Part shown: piece after piece, positions 1 through 12,472 of the stretch
Numbering within the stretch: position 1 is the first letter of the stretch
How the letters are laid out: every line of letters starts with the position of its first letter
Source: Octopus vulgaris
Lineage: Eukaryota
Length of the DNA stretch: 64,000 bases
Assembly (NCBI GenBank): GCA_951406725.2
Contig: OX597837.1
Span: forward strand, 27,838,001-27,902,000
Reading direction: 5' to 3'
Made by a program: the position numbers and the translations under genes
Notes under the pieces: generated by a model
The model's input: only the letters and a program-made list of their open reading frames with translations
Told to the model about the DNA's origin: nothing
Databases searched by the model: none

Positions 1-69
1 CTCGGGGGTATGCTCTACCACCGAGTATATTCTCCACATCCATATCGTGTTTGCTTGTTCGTCCACATT
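1..69 (-). CDS. Factor C-like gene, exon 9 (partial, runs off window): start of trypsin-like serine protease domain
   Basis: Acceptor ttttcaatttag ends at 70. Phase-1 join gives (E)CGRTSKHDMDVENILGGRAYPR, a CG linker followed by an IxGG activation motif. Confidence 0.8.
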
Positions 70-143
70 CTAAATTGAAAAGAATAACGGAATAAACGAA
101 TGTAATTATTAAATGAACGAATGTGTCATCGAATGAAAACATA

Positions 144-469
144 GGCGTAGGAGTGGCTGTGTGGTAAATAGCTTGCTTACCAACCACATGGTTCCGGGTT
201 CAGTCCCACTGCGTGGCACCTTGGGCAAGTGTCTTCTACTATAGCCTCGGGCCGACCAAAGCCTTGTGAGTGGATTTGGTAGACAGAAACTGAAAGAAGT
301 CCGTTATATATATATATATATATATATATCTATATATATTTAAAAAAGGAGATGTGGAACACAAGTTGTGATATATAAAAAAAGGAAATGAAGAAAATGC
401 TGACAAAATAATTTAAGTACACTCTCCCTTACTTAAATTATTTTGTCAGCATTTTCTTAATTTCCTTTT

Positions 470-508
<39 letters not shown>

Positions 509-739
509 GTATGTATGTATGTACGTGTGTATATATGTTTGTGTGTCTGTGTCTGTCCCTCCAACATCGTTTGACAACCGATGCTGGTGTGTTTACGTCC
601 AGTAACTTAGCGGTTCGGCAAAAGTGACAGATAGTGTAAGCACTAGGCTTACAAAGAATAAGTCCCGGGGTTGATTTGCTCGACTAAAGGCGCTGCTCCA
701 GCATGGCCAGAGTCAAATGACTGAAACAAGTAAAAGAGT
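144..739 (+). mobile_element. tRNA-derived SINE family A (internal TA/TG tract, GTAAAAGA tail)
   Basis: A-box-like TGGCTGTGTGG and B-box GGTTCAGTCCC. Near-identical copies at 34800-35187(-), 37698-38119(-), 43496-43890(-), 47118-47538(+), 58022-58429(+); partial copies near 830-1640, 23300-23622, 39490-39663, 54845-55160. Confidence 0.88.
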
Positions 740-989
740 ATTGTTACAGAAGCTGTGAACGTGTAGAGTCGGTGACTAGTTTTGAGATTATGAAAGAGAA
801 AAAATGGATTTATTTATTTATCTTTCATCTTTTGTCTTTTGTTTCTTTCAGTCATTGGACTACGGCCATGCTTGGGCAACACCCTGAACGATTTAATCGA
901 GCAAATCGACCCCAATACTTAAGTAAGCCTGGGGCTTACTTAATCGGAATGTTTGCCCGACGGCTATGTTGTAGAGACAAACATAAACT

Positions 990-1010
990 CAGACACACTC
1001 ACACACACAC

Positions 1011-1066
<56 letters not shown>

Positions 1067-1322
1067 ACAGACAGACACACACAGACACACACACACAGAC
1101 ATACATAAAACCACACACACACACACGCACATACACAAGCACACACAAAACCACACACATACGCGCACACACACAGACACACACACACACACACAGACAG
1201 ACAGACAGACACAGACACACACACAGACACACACAAAACCACACACACACACGCACAGACACAGACACACAGACACAGATAGACACACACACACGCGCAC
1301 ACACACACACAGAGACACACAC

Positions 1323-1353
<31 letters not shown>

Positions 1354-1423
1354 CACACACACACACAGACACACACAAAACCACACACACACACGCACAC
1401 ACACAGACACACAGACACACACA

Positions 1424-1481
<58 letters not shown>
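990..1481. repeat. (CA)n/(CAGA)n compound microsatellite inside a SINE A copy
   Basis: Direct inspection. Confidence 0.95.
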
Positions 1482-1483
<2 letters not shown>

Positions 1484-2198
1484 ATGGTTTATTCAGTTCC
1501 CGCCTACCAAATCCATTCAGGAGGCTTTGATCAGTTCGGGGCTATAGTAGAAGAGACTTACCCAAGGTGCCGCGCTGTGGGATTGAACTTAAAACCACCT
1601 GATTGAAAAGCAAGTTTCTTAACATCGCAACACGATACACTGGATAGATATCTTCTGTTTATAGCCTCGGGACGATCAATGCTTTTAGAGTGAATTGGCA
1701 GACGGAGACTGTGCGGAAACTCGACGAATACGTGTGTGAGAGCGTGTGTGTATGAGTGTGTGTATACGAGTGTGCGTGCGAGCGTGTGTGTTTGTGTGTG
1801 TGTTTGTGTGTGAGTGTGTGTGTATGTGAGTGTGTGTGAGCGTATGTATGAGTGTGTGCATGTGAGTGTCTGTTTGTGGGTGGGTGTGTGTGAATATGTG
1901 CATTTGGCCTTCACCACCGCTTGTCGACCGACTTTGGTTTGTTTACGTCCCAGTTTATATGCGGCTCAGCAAAAGAAACCGATGTAATTTAGTACCAGAC
2001 AAAACAATAAGCATGATAGATAGGATCCGTTTTGTTCGATTAGAATCGCTCAAGGTGTTGCTCCAACATGGCCACAGTCCAATGACTGAAACTATAAAAA
2101 GATGACGTGGATTATTGTCTCCCTATCTCGTTCTCTCTCTCGCTCTCCCCCTTTCTCTCTCTAGTAATTCTTATATAGGTTCAATGATTCGATCTTAC

Positions 2199-2329
2199 CT
2201 GGGACACAGGTAGGTTGAGACCCTGTCCACTCACTGGTCGGTAAGCATTTGCGGTTTGCTGATCCATAGAGTTTATATAATGATGGGCATTTAAAACGCA
2301 ACACAGTACCGATGGGAAAATCGTCACGC
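2199..2329 (-). CDS. Factor C-like gene, exon 8: second half of CCP3
   Basis: ttcctatccag acceptor, gtaag donor, 131 bp, phase 2 to 1. RDDFPIGTVLRFKCPSLYKLYGSANRKCLPTSEWTGSQPTCVP. Confidence 0.92.
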
Positions 2330-2386
2330 CTGGATAGGAAATATAACATTTGAGAATCAAACAAATAAAATAAATAAATAAATACA

Positions 2387-2417
<31 letters not shown>

Positions 2418-2753
2418 ATGTGTGTGTGTGTGCGTGCGTGCGTGTGCGTGTAGGCGCAGCGTTGGCTGTGAGATTAAGGTATTTGCTTTGTAACCACGTG
2501 GTTTCGGGTTCAAATCCACAGCGTAGCACCTTGGGTAAGTGTTTCATTCAAAATGTCGCCGGCCAACCAAACTACGTGAGTGAATTTCGTAGACGGAAAC
2601 ATACATACATACATACATACATACATACATACATACATGCATGCATGCATGCATGCATGCATGCATGCATGCATACATACATACATACATGCATACATGC
2701 ATACATGCATACATACATACATACATACATACATACATACATACATACATTTA

Positions 2754-3137
2754 GGGAAGCACTCCGTCGGTTACGACGACGAGGGTTCCGGTTGATCCGA
2801 TCAACGGAACAGCCTGCTCGTGAAATTAACGTGTAAGTGGCTGAGCACTCCACAGACACGTGTACCCTTAATGTAGTTCTCGGGGATATTCAGCGTGACA
2901 CAGAGAGTGACAAGGCCGGCCCTTTGAAATACAGGTACAACAGAAACAGGAAGTAAGAGTGAGAGAAAGTTGTGGTGAAAGAGTACAGCAGGGATCACCA
3001 CCATCCCCTGCCGGGGCATCGTGGAGCTTTAGGTGTTTTCGCTCAATAAACACTCACAATGCCCGGTCTGGGAATCGAAACCGCGATCCTATGACCGCGA
3101 GTCCGCTGCCCTAACCACTGGGCCATTGCGCCTCCAC
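2754..3137 (-). mobile_element. tRNA-derived SINE family B
   Basis: Head GGAGGCGCAATGGCCCAGTGGTTAGGGCAGCGGACTCGCGGTC...GGTTTCGATTCCC. Copies at 13081-13451, 23880-24213, 25047-25355, 58718-59105, and a head-only copy at 5332-5502. Confidence 0.88.
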
Positions 3138-3333
3138 CATACATACATACATACATGCTGTAGGATTACACACGACAATTTACTGAGAATCGGAATCAAA
3201 GCATTGGTATTTTGTGTCAATTGCTATATAAATTTGTGCACACGTTACACTCGTTATCAATTTAGTCAATAAGATTAGCATCTTCAATTAGATTGGTTTG
3301 TTAGTTTAAATCAACGGATGTATTTTTACTTAC

Positions 3334-3406
3334 ACTCTGCTGCCTATTGGCCGTTCGGACATCCTTTGCGCCTCATTCGGTATTCCCGGGTCTTTGCAAC
3401 TAATAA
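3334..3406 (-). CDS. Factor C-like gene, exon 7: first half of CCP3
   Basis: ttttgcag acceptor, gtaagt donor, 73 bp, phase 1 to 2. ISCKDPGIPNEAQRMSERPIGSRV; phases match both neighbours. Confidence 0.88.
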
Positions 3407-3646
3407 CTGCAAAATAACATGTGTATGTATGTATTATCCGGGAGAATTTTTCTTAAAGTAGTGGAAATAGCTAAAAAACTTTTTAGCTGCTATTTCTAAA
3501 AAGTTCAGTATGTGGCAAAGTAATTTATTTTACTAAGCCCTAATTATATAATGTAATATTTTGAATACGCCTTAAATGGTCCTTTTACATACTGAACACT
3601 ACTTGGTGAAATTGATTAATAACTAATTAGTTTTACCCTCAATTAT

Positions 3647-3705
<59 letters not shown>

Positions 3706-3828
3706 GAATTAGAGAGATAAAACCACTATTATATATATTTATATACTGATACTGTGAAATTTGATTTAATGCTAAATTGAATTTTTCCCTGTAAGTTTGG
3801 AGTTATACTCCCTAATATTATTATTATG

Positions 3829-3890
<62 letters not shown>

Positions 3891-4399
3891 TACATATATA
3901 TATACATATATACATATATACATATATATATATTGATAGAAATGGTAAGACAACAAAAGAATGAAAGAGACCTCGATATTATGTAAATAGAGGAATTTAT
4001 CTGTAAACGTAATATGTGACAATTATTCGGTAACCATGATAAAACTCTGAGTGCGGAAATCCACACTGCAATCTCTTCAGTTATCCGGCCATAGGAAAAA
4101 ATACTCATATTACTACCGAATTTAACACCAGGAAGAGCCTCCTCCAGCTGGTTACCAATGCAATTTGCATCCGGTATATATTGCAAGCAGGGGAGAGAAC
4201 TCCTACTATCTTTTAAAAGACGACGGGATCACCAGACCGAACGGTTTGGGGCTATTTATGTCCAGCATCTTATATATGTGTGTGGAGGCACCTGGCTCAG
4301 TAGTCAGGGCATTGCAGTGACGATCGTAATAATGGGGTTTCAGCTACTGGACCGGGGGGCGCACGTTGCTTCAGTCCACTCACTTGGAACAAGTGAGTA

Positions 4400-4920
4400 C
4401 CGTAGATCCTCGAGTATAGTCCGCCCTTGAGCATAATACGCAGGGGATTTTTAGGGGGCTGTACTTCTGAAAAATCGAAACCTTGTGTATAATACGCACC
4501 CCTTCTCTAACTTGAGTCGTGCGAAATTAAGCCAGCAGCACCTAGTCGAACAAAAACTTCTGCGCATGCGTAATACAATAATGGTGATGTTCTTAACTGT
4601 TATATGGGAATGTAAATATGTTTGCAAATTGTCTTTGTTACATGTTATTCTGTGTTCTGAATACTTTTATTTTAATAAATGTTGCTTACTGCAAGTTATG
4701 GATGATTCTTTTATGACTTCATTGCTTTCTGGCTTAGCTTAAGGTATTTTCGCGCCCTACATCACAAAATGCGTCTGAATAAACATTGCCGGACAGCAAA
4801 TAGAGACTCGGACATTGCTTAGAAAATACTTTTCATTTTTAACCTCGTATATATTACGGACTAGGGATTTTGACCGTTAAATTTTTGGAAAAAAGTGCGG
4901 ATTATAATCGAGGATTTAGT
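4400..4920. mobile_element. Non-autonomous pogo/Tc1-like DNA transposon
   Basis: Imperfect TIRs CCGTAGATCCTCGAGTATAGTCCGC / GCGGATTATAATCGAGGATTTAG, preceded by TA; internal GTATAATACGCA subterminal repeats. Confidence 0.6.
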
Positions 4921-4994
4921 TATAAGCGAGTTAAGAGAGTGAAAAGGACATATTTTACGAAAAGGTTTAAAGGCTATATTTTTCAAGAATTTAC

Positions 4995-5098
4995 CTTTAC
5001 TGCAAAACGGTTCCGATCCTGACCATTTGCCGTCAGCCCCACAGATTCGTACAGATTCGCCATAAATCACGTAATCGTCGTCACACGAGTAGGATACT
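4995..5098 (-). CDS. Factor C-like gene, exon 6: second half of CCP2
   Basis: tattctatttag acceptor, gtaaat donor, 104 bp. VSYSCDDDYVIYGESVRICGADGKWSGSEPFCSK. Confidence 0.92.
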
Positions 5099-5500
5099 CT
5101 AAATAGAATAAAAATAAATAACTCTTATGCATATACGTTCATATGAATATACATACATACATATATATATATATATAAATAAATATATATATATATATAT
5201 ATATAAATCACGTGATCACGTGACCGACCAGACAATTCAGATATTGTTACACATCGCTGGTCACAATGCGTTCGCATTGTTTTTTAGCCTTCGAATGACG
5301 CCACGCCGCTGGCTAAGCGAGCAGGCCAACAGAAGAAAGAGTGGTGAAAGAGTACAGCAGAGATCACCACCCCCTGCCAGAGCGTCGTGGAGCTTTTAGG
5401 TGTTTTCGCTCAATAAACACTCACAACGCCCGGTCTGGGAATCGAAACCGCGATCCTGCGACCGCGAGTCGGCTGCCCTAACCACTGGGCCATTGCGCCT

Positions 5501-5552
<52 letters not shown>

Positions 5553-5691
5553 ATGTATGTATATATATGTATATATATATGTATGTATATGTATACATAC
5601 ACACTCACACACACACACACATATATATATATATACATCTATATATGTATGTATGTATTATGTATGTATGTATGTATGTATGTATGTATGT

Positions 5692-6133
5692 ACTAGGGGG
5701 AATCCAAAAGTAACCGGAAACGTTTACTGTGGGACAAGCCTATTCTGGTTCAGGCTTCCGCCGCTCGAAGCCACTTGATGCGACCCTCAGGCATCAGCCT
5801 GCCGACTGGCGGCGTTTGCTAATGCCGTACTGCGCCGTGGTGTGTCTTTGTTTTGAAGTGCTTCCCTGTTCGTCGATTTTTGCGATGGCTCAAACGAAGG
5901 AACAACGTACTTCCGTGAAATTCTGTTTTCTACTGGTTTATGTACGCTTGTTTAGCTCAGGCATAATGTTGTCGTTGTTTCACTCTTGATTGTGCTCTAT
6001 TCTGGCTCCCCCTCCTCCAAAATGGATTTGTCATCTCTTACAGGAATTAAAATTTTGTGCAATTTATTCCCTCCATTCATATTTTCTATTTTGGTTGTTG
6101 AACCAATATCATCTGTTCAAGACTGTGATAATC

Positions 6134-6173
<40 letters not shown>

Positions 6174-6990
6174 GAAGTCCAAAGTCAGGACGCCATGATA
6201 GATCGTTAGCTCCTACACGCATTTCTCTCTCTCCTTGTTTCTCTCCTTGTTTTTTTCTGTGTATCTTTCTGTCGAAGAGCGTAGGCTCGAAATGTAAAAG
6301 ACTTTTTCTATTTCTATTCCTGAGCGCCATACTAATACAATTGTTTGTTTGTACTCCACCTGCCTTCGTCTTTTGCTTATTTTCGTAAACCTTCCCGTTA
6401 TATATATATATATATATATATATATGGGACAAACAGCGCTGGAAATAGTTGTCATTTCTTCAATCAGCTTATAAGGACGCTGCAATGAGCAAAACAAATT
6501 TAAGAGTGGTTTCCACGCTTTAGGAACGGTCACTTGTCGCCTGGAGACCAACCTAACAATCGACGAACTTGTCGATACGACTGGTGTATCCTGGACCTCC
6601 TGCCAACAAATTTTGAGCGAGGAATGCAAACGAAAAGAGTTGCAGCAAAATTTGTGCTTCGATTTCTCACGGAAGATCAAAAGCAGTCATGACTGAATGC
6701 ATGTCGTGAACTGCAGGAACAGCTGGAAGTTGATCCGGACCTGTTTTCGAAGGTCCTTACTGGTGACGCAAGCTGGTGCTACGGAATTTGCGAATGTGGA
6801 AGAGGTGAAAAAAGAACGACGGAGGCGTTAAAGGGCATCACTTCGCATCCAGCACTGCTTCGAACAGTGGAAAACACGCCTGGACTGATGCATTGCTTCA
6901 AATGGAGAATACTTTGAAGGAGATAAAAAGTGTAAACATGTAAAACCAAGTGAATAAAATAACAATTCCAGTTTCTTTCGGGTACACTCT

Positions 6991-6993
<3 letters not shown>
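5692..6993 (+). mobile_element. Decayed, internally deleted mariner transposon, interrupted at about 5940-6425
   Basis: MAQTKEQRTSVKFCFLL, then KRVAAKFVLRFLTEDQK*..DPDLFSKVLTGDASWCYG and ASNGEYFEGD; stops and deletions. Confidence 0.82.
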
Positions 6994-7038
<45 letters not shown>

Positions 7039-7080
7039 TAAATAAATGGAGTTGAACGAAGACGTTATTAAAATTCTTTA

Positions 7081-7162
7081 CTTTCGACATATGTTTCGAA
7101 GACAACATGGTTTTATTCCAAAGGAATAAACGGTGTAAAATGAAATCTTCTCATCAGGAAAG
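7081..7162 (-). ncRNA. Type I hammerhead ribozyme motif, intact core
   Basis: CUUUC-CUGAUGA-GAAGA[..]UCUUC-GAAA-CAUAUG-UC-GAAAG: stems I and II pair, stem III is palindromic, GUC cleavage site. Confidence 0.85.
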
Positions 7163-7316
7163 AAAGAGAGGCTATCTCAACAACAAGACATTATAACAAT
7201 TACGATGACTGCCTAAATGATAAACAGAACGTTATTAAGTATTTAAAAAAACCGTTAGTAGATTCGACGTCAAAGGCAGATAGTAGGAAGAGTATATATA
7301 TATGATGTATTCTTAC

Positions 7317-7409
7317 CTATCATTGACATTGAAAACAAGCTGGTTTCTGCTGTAGTGGATACGGCCGTGTTTCAGTCCTGCAGGAGGGAGACACATGGTT
7401 TTCAAACAC
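7317..7409 (-). CDS. Factor C-like gene, exon 5: end of CCP1 and first half of CCP2
   Basis: tgtttcag acceptor, gtaaga donor, 93 bp, phase 2 to 2. CLKTMCLPPAGLKHGRIHYSRNQLVFNVNDR. Confidence 0.88.
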
Positions 7410-7510
7410 CTGAAACAACAGATTTTCAGAAATACAACATCCCAAAACTAACAAGAGCTCTCTCTCTCTCTCTTTCTCAAAAATGACTGAAAATGACTGA
7501 AAAAGTAAAA

Positions 7511-7559
<49 letters not shown>

Positions 7560-7560
<1 letters not shown>

Positions 7561-8375
7561 TAGATAGCGTACCCGGTAATTCCCGAGAAAGCGGGTCTTA
7601 TCCCTTGGGTCCGTTCTCATAATTGTTTCGCTAATCCAATAACAACAATACAAAGTATGTAGACCTTAGAGCGATTTTTGTGCATTTACAGAGAACTGTC
7701 TTACACAGGATCTTGTTTTTAAGAATTCCCAATAAGTTATGAATACCCAAATTGTGAAGTCAGTTTTGTAACAACATGAAATTAGTTACTCGATAATAAG
7801 AATTCAAATAAAGTAACCCCGAAAAGGGTTTTAATGCATTCCCAGAGTATAAAGACCATAGGAGAAAATACTAATAAAGTATATATACGAAAATCGTAAT
7901 AACAGGATAATCAGATATGAGATAATAACAATTCAAAGTAAATAACTCTGAAAAGGGCTTTTGTGCGTTCCCAGAGGATATTATCTTCAGGGACGCAAGT
8001 GTTGGTATACTAGTGAATAAGTCACTAACCGAAATAAGTGGATCTATTGTTTAGGAAAATACTATTTACTTGCTTAGGGGTTGTTCAAATACTAAGAAAT
8101 AAGCATACTCAACTTCATTTTATCAAATAATTTAAGAAAATGAATGGGTTATTTTCCTTTGCTATATATAAGGATCTATTCAAGGGGTGAATGGGTTATT
8201 TCCCTTGGTTTATAAAATATTATCGATTTTTTTAACAATCTGAGTATGCCACGAGGTTTCCAGACATGAGTTCTACTCACGTGTCAAGTTTCATCAAAAC
8301 CGATAAAACGTTGTAGGAGGAGTTAGTTAACAACTCCACAAACACACTCACAGACAGAATTTCCCACATATGTAG
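7560..8375 (-). mobile_element. Helitron-like element of a second family
   Basis: CTAG 3' end at 7560 with a subterminal CTCGGGAATTACCGGG hairpin; 5' end approximate. Confidence 0.5.
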
Positions 8376-8500
8376 TAATAATTTTCAATTACGAATTAAA
8401 AGCAGCGCCAGTGTGGTAAACATTATCCACTGCACCTACTTAGTGTATGCACTCTTTGATTGTACGCCGGTTCGCTGCTCGTCCCCATGTATGTACGTAC

Positions 8501-8551
<51 letters not shown>

Positions 8552-8702
8552 AAAAAAGCAACGAGAATGTTGCTTTTTTCCTATTTGTAACAACCCCACT
8601 TGTCGTATGGCTAACACCATATAGATTTCCGGTGCATCCTAGTTAAGGACCATATTCATGTGAATTCATTAGAACTCACTTGAATCTCAATTACTTAAAC
8701 CG

Positions 8703-8745
<43 letters not shown>

Positions 8746-9315
8746 TAATTAATAATAAAATATTAGGGAATAAATCCAAACTTACAGGGAAAAATCAGAT
8801 TTAGGATTAAATCCAATTTTATAGTAAAATATATTATATTATATTATATTAAATTAGAAATAAAACCACTGTTAGGCAAATCAAACAATGAAAACCATAA
8901 GCCAATACATAAAATTAATTTAATTTATATTATTTTAAATATATCAAAAGTATTAAAAGTTTAATAAAAGATAAAGATATATATATATACGTATGTACGT
9001 ATATGTACTCTTTCATTTATTTCTTTGCCACATCGGTCCGATATGGTAATAATGGAATTTTTTTCGTTTGCCCTTTATATATATATATAACACCAAGTAA
9101 GTTAGGGGTTGTGAATCCAACCCACTAAGGGATAATACTTATCCAATATACTGTTGGTATAATATCCAAATTATTAATACACAAGTATTTTTAATTGCAA
9201 TGCAATAAACTTACTTATTGTATTAAATGGGTGAAGGTAAAGAAATATTTTACCATTAATTTATATTACAAATAAGAAAATGGATATTAGAATATTTAGG
9301 ATATTAGAATATTGA

Positions 9316-9405
<90 letters not shown>

Positions 9406-9757
9406 TGTATGTGTGTGTGTGCCGCAGTATATGCGTGTGACGAAACATTGAGTATGTGCGGTTGTTACTATATATGCATATATATATATTTCTTTACTAC
9501 TCACAAGGGGCTAAACACAGAGGGGACAAATAAGGACAGACAAACGTATTAAGTCGATTACATCGACTCCAGTGCGTAACTGGTACTTAATTTATCGACC
9601 CCAAAAGGATGGATGAAAGGCAAAGTCGACCTCGGCGGAATTTGAACCCAGAACATAACGGCAGACGAAATACGGCTACGCATTTCGCCCGGCGTGCTAA
9701 CGTTAGGCGTAGACAGAGGGCCTGACTTAGAGAGAACAAAGTTAAGAATCGTCTTAC

Positions 9758-9932
9758 GTGGGTGGACCGCCGATCCAGCGAAAATCCCCTCCGCATGTAC
9801 GTTTTGGCTGTCCTTTCAAGACATACCGGTTAGCACATTTGTATTTCACCACTGACCCTTGTTGTGGTTTCTTGTCCACAGTGATGTGGCCGTTTGGTAG
9901 TAGAAGTGGACGAGGACAATGATTTCTTCGAA
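9758..9932 (-). CDS. Factor C-like gene, exon 4: CCP1
   Basis: atttccag acceptor, gtaaga donor, 175 bp, phase 1 to 2. RRNHCPRPLLLPNGHITVDKKPQQGSVVKYKCANRYVLKGQPKRTCGGDFRWIGGPPT. Confidence 0.9.
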
Positions 9933-10439
9933 CTGGAAATTGAAGAATTTTATTAATTAAAAATATTGTTTAATAAATGAAACAAGATATATTTAGTGGT
10001 GGACAAAATGTGGACAAAGTCGTGGCTGTAGTATTAAGTGTGGTAGTCATGGTAGGTGTGGTGGTTGTAGTAGTAGCAGTGATAGTGGTAGTTATTTTAG
10101 TTGTGAGGCCATTTTAATACTGACTGGAAATGTTATGGTTACAGTTTTTTATGCTGGGGTGGTTCTGGTGGGTTGATGTTATAGGTGGGTGGGGTGTGGG
10201 ATTGGTAACGACGGTCTGAATGTAGCAATCAAGGTGGTAGTGGTGGTGGTGGTGATGGTAATTTTAGTAGTAATCTTGGTAGAGGTAGCGGTGGTGGTAG
10301 TAATGGTGTTGTTTGTGGTAGTGTTGGTGGTGGTGGTGCTAGTAGTGGTAGTAATGATAATAGTAGTAATAATGGTAGTCGTGGTGTTGGCGGTGTTGTT
10401 GTTGTTGGTGGTGTCGGTGATGGTGGTGGTGGTTTTGGT

Positions 10440-10957
10440 GGTGGTGGGTTTTGGGGGTGGTGGTGGTTGTGGTGGTGGTGGTGGTGGTGGTTTTGGGGGT
10501 GGTGGTGGTGGTGGTGGTGGTGGTGGTGGTTTTGGGGGTGGTGGTGGTTGTGGTGGTGGTTTTGGTGGTGGTGGTGGTGGTGGTGGTGGTGGTGGTGGTG
10601 GTGGTGGTGGTGGTGGTGGTGGTGGTTTTGGTGGTGGTGGTGGTGGTGGTGGTGGTGGTGGTGGTGGTGGTGGTGGTGGTGGTGGTGGTGGTGGTGGTTT
10701 TGGTAGTGGTGGTTTTGGTGGTGGTGGTGGTGGTTTTGGTGGTGGTGGTGGTGGTGGTGGTGGTGGTGGTGGTGGTGGTGGTGGTGGTGGTGGTGGTAGT
10801 GGTGGTTTTGGTGGTGGTGGTGGTTTTGGTGGTGGTGGTGGTGGTGGTGGTGGTGGTGGTGGTGGTGGTGGTGGTGGTGGTGGTGGTGGTGGTGGTGGTG
10901 GTGGTGGTGGTTTTGGTGGTGGTGGTGGTTTTGGTGGTAGTGATGGTGGTGGTGGTG
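10440..10957. repeat. (GGT)n microsatellite with TTT interruptions
   Basis: Direct inspection; intronic between exons 3 and 4 of the Factor C-like gene. Confidence 0.95.
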
Positions 10958-11035
10958 TGGCAATTATAATTAAACTTTACTTCTTTGATGTTGATTGTAT
11001 TGTTACTGTCGTCGACGTTGTTTATTTTATTTCTT

Positions 11036-11451
11036 ATTTCTTTACTGCCCACAAGGGGGCTACACACAGCTGGGACAAACAAGGACAGACAGACGGATTA
11101 AATCGATTATATCGACCCCAGTGCATAACTGGTACTTATTTAATCGACCCCGAAAGGATGAAAGGCAAAGTCGACCTCGACGGAATTTGAACTCAGAACG
11201 TAACGGCTGACGAAATGCCTATTTCTTTACCACCCACAAGGAGTTAAACACAGAGGAGACAAACAAGGACAGACAGATGGATTAAGTCGATTACATCGAC
11301 CCCAGTGCGTAACCGGTACTTAATTTATCGACCCCGTAAGGATGAAAGGCAAAGTCGACCTCGGCGGAATTTGAACTCAGAACGTAACGGCAGACGAAAA
11401 ACCGCTAAGCATTTCGCCCGGCGTGCTAACGTTTCTGCCAGCTCGCCGGCT
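11036..11451 (-). mobile_element. SINE family C, tandem dimer
   Basis: Two head-to-tail units of about 185 bp; another single copy at 9488-9705. Confidence 0.85.
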
Positions 11452-11619
11452 TATTTGTTTTAAGTTGTTTGTTTTATCTACCATCTCACTGCCACGGTGA
11501 CAGGGATTCGAACCACCGATCTGTGACAGAACATCCCTACCCAATTCTCCTCGTTCACACACAATACACAATCTCATCTCAGTCAGTCATTTTTTAACAA
11601 GAAAATAACAACAGCTTAC

Positions 11620-11777
11620 TTTGGCGGTCTTTTTTGTAGGGGATACAGGAGCTAATACCATCAGGTCTGCAATCTGTACAGTGTTTGTAAGGTCTACAGA
11701 CGGCTTCCGGTATAAGGGAGTGACAAGTCAGACATCTTAACTTCGGGAAAAACCATCCGAATGTGAAATTTCGACAC
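11620..11777 (-). CDS. Factor C-like gene, exon 3: Cys-rich domain
   Basis: ctccttccag acceptor, gtaagc donor, 158 bp, phase 2 to 1. [52 protein letters not shown]. Confidence 0.88.
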
Positions 11778-11809
11778 CTGGAAGGAGAAACATATAGGTT
11801 TAGAGAGAA

Positions 11810-11865
<56 letters not shown>

Positions 11866-12136
11866 AGAGACAGAGAGCGTGAGAAAGAAATAAAGGGAGA
11901 GATAGTGAGAGATGGAGACGGATTGTGTATGTGTGTGTGTGTGTATGTGTGTGTGTATGTGGAAGAAGATAGACTCGAACTGGAAAAGATTTAGAGTAAA
12001 ATTAAGAAAGAATAGGGGAGAGGGAGAGAGGGGGAGAGAGAGATTGTGTAAGAGAGAAAGTTGGCATGGAAGAGAGGGAGAAAGAGAGAGAGTCTGTGTG
12101 TGTGTGCGTATATGAGTTTGTAAATATATCTTTATA

Positions 12137-12170
<34 letters not shown>

Positions 12171-12184
12171 GCTAGCTAGCTAGC

Positions 12185-12264
<80 letters not shown>

Positions 12265-12472
12265 CGATAGACAGATAAATAAATACATGTAGGCTATAAT
12301 TTGAGATATGCATGCATACACGCATACAATACAAGCATACATACATATATACATCGTATATAATACGTTTAAATATACATACAGAAATATATACATGCAT
12401 ACATGTATGTATATCTATTCATATGAACATATAAACATGCAGAAATATATACATGAATATATGTATGTATTT

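Noticed and set aside
772-1530. HT/CV/YI-repeat ORFs here and throughout the track
   Set aside because: Translations of (CA)n, (TA)n, (CATA)n and (TCTA)n microsatellites.
9821-9826. Possible gtatgt donor inside exon 4
   Set aside because: Reading through to the gtaaga donor at 9757 completes the CCP consensus (C..W...P.C).
10189-11190. Gly-rich 333-aa ORF and the poly-His/Thr/Val/Trp ORFs
   Set aside because: All come from an intronic (GGT)n microsatellite that is open in several frames and runs into a SINE.
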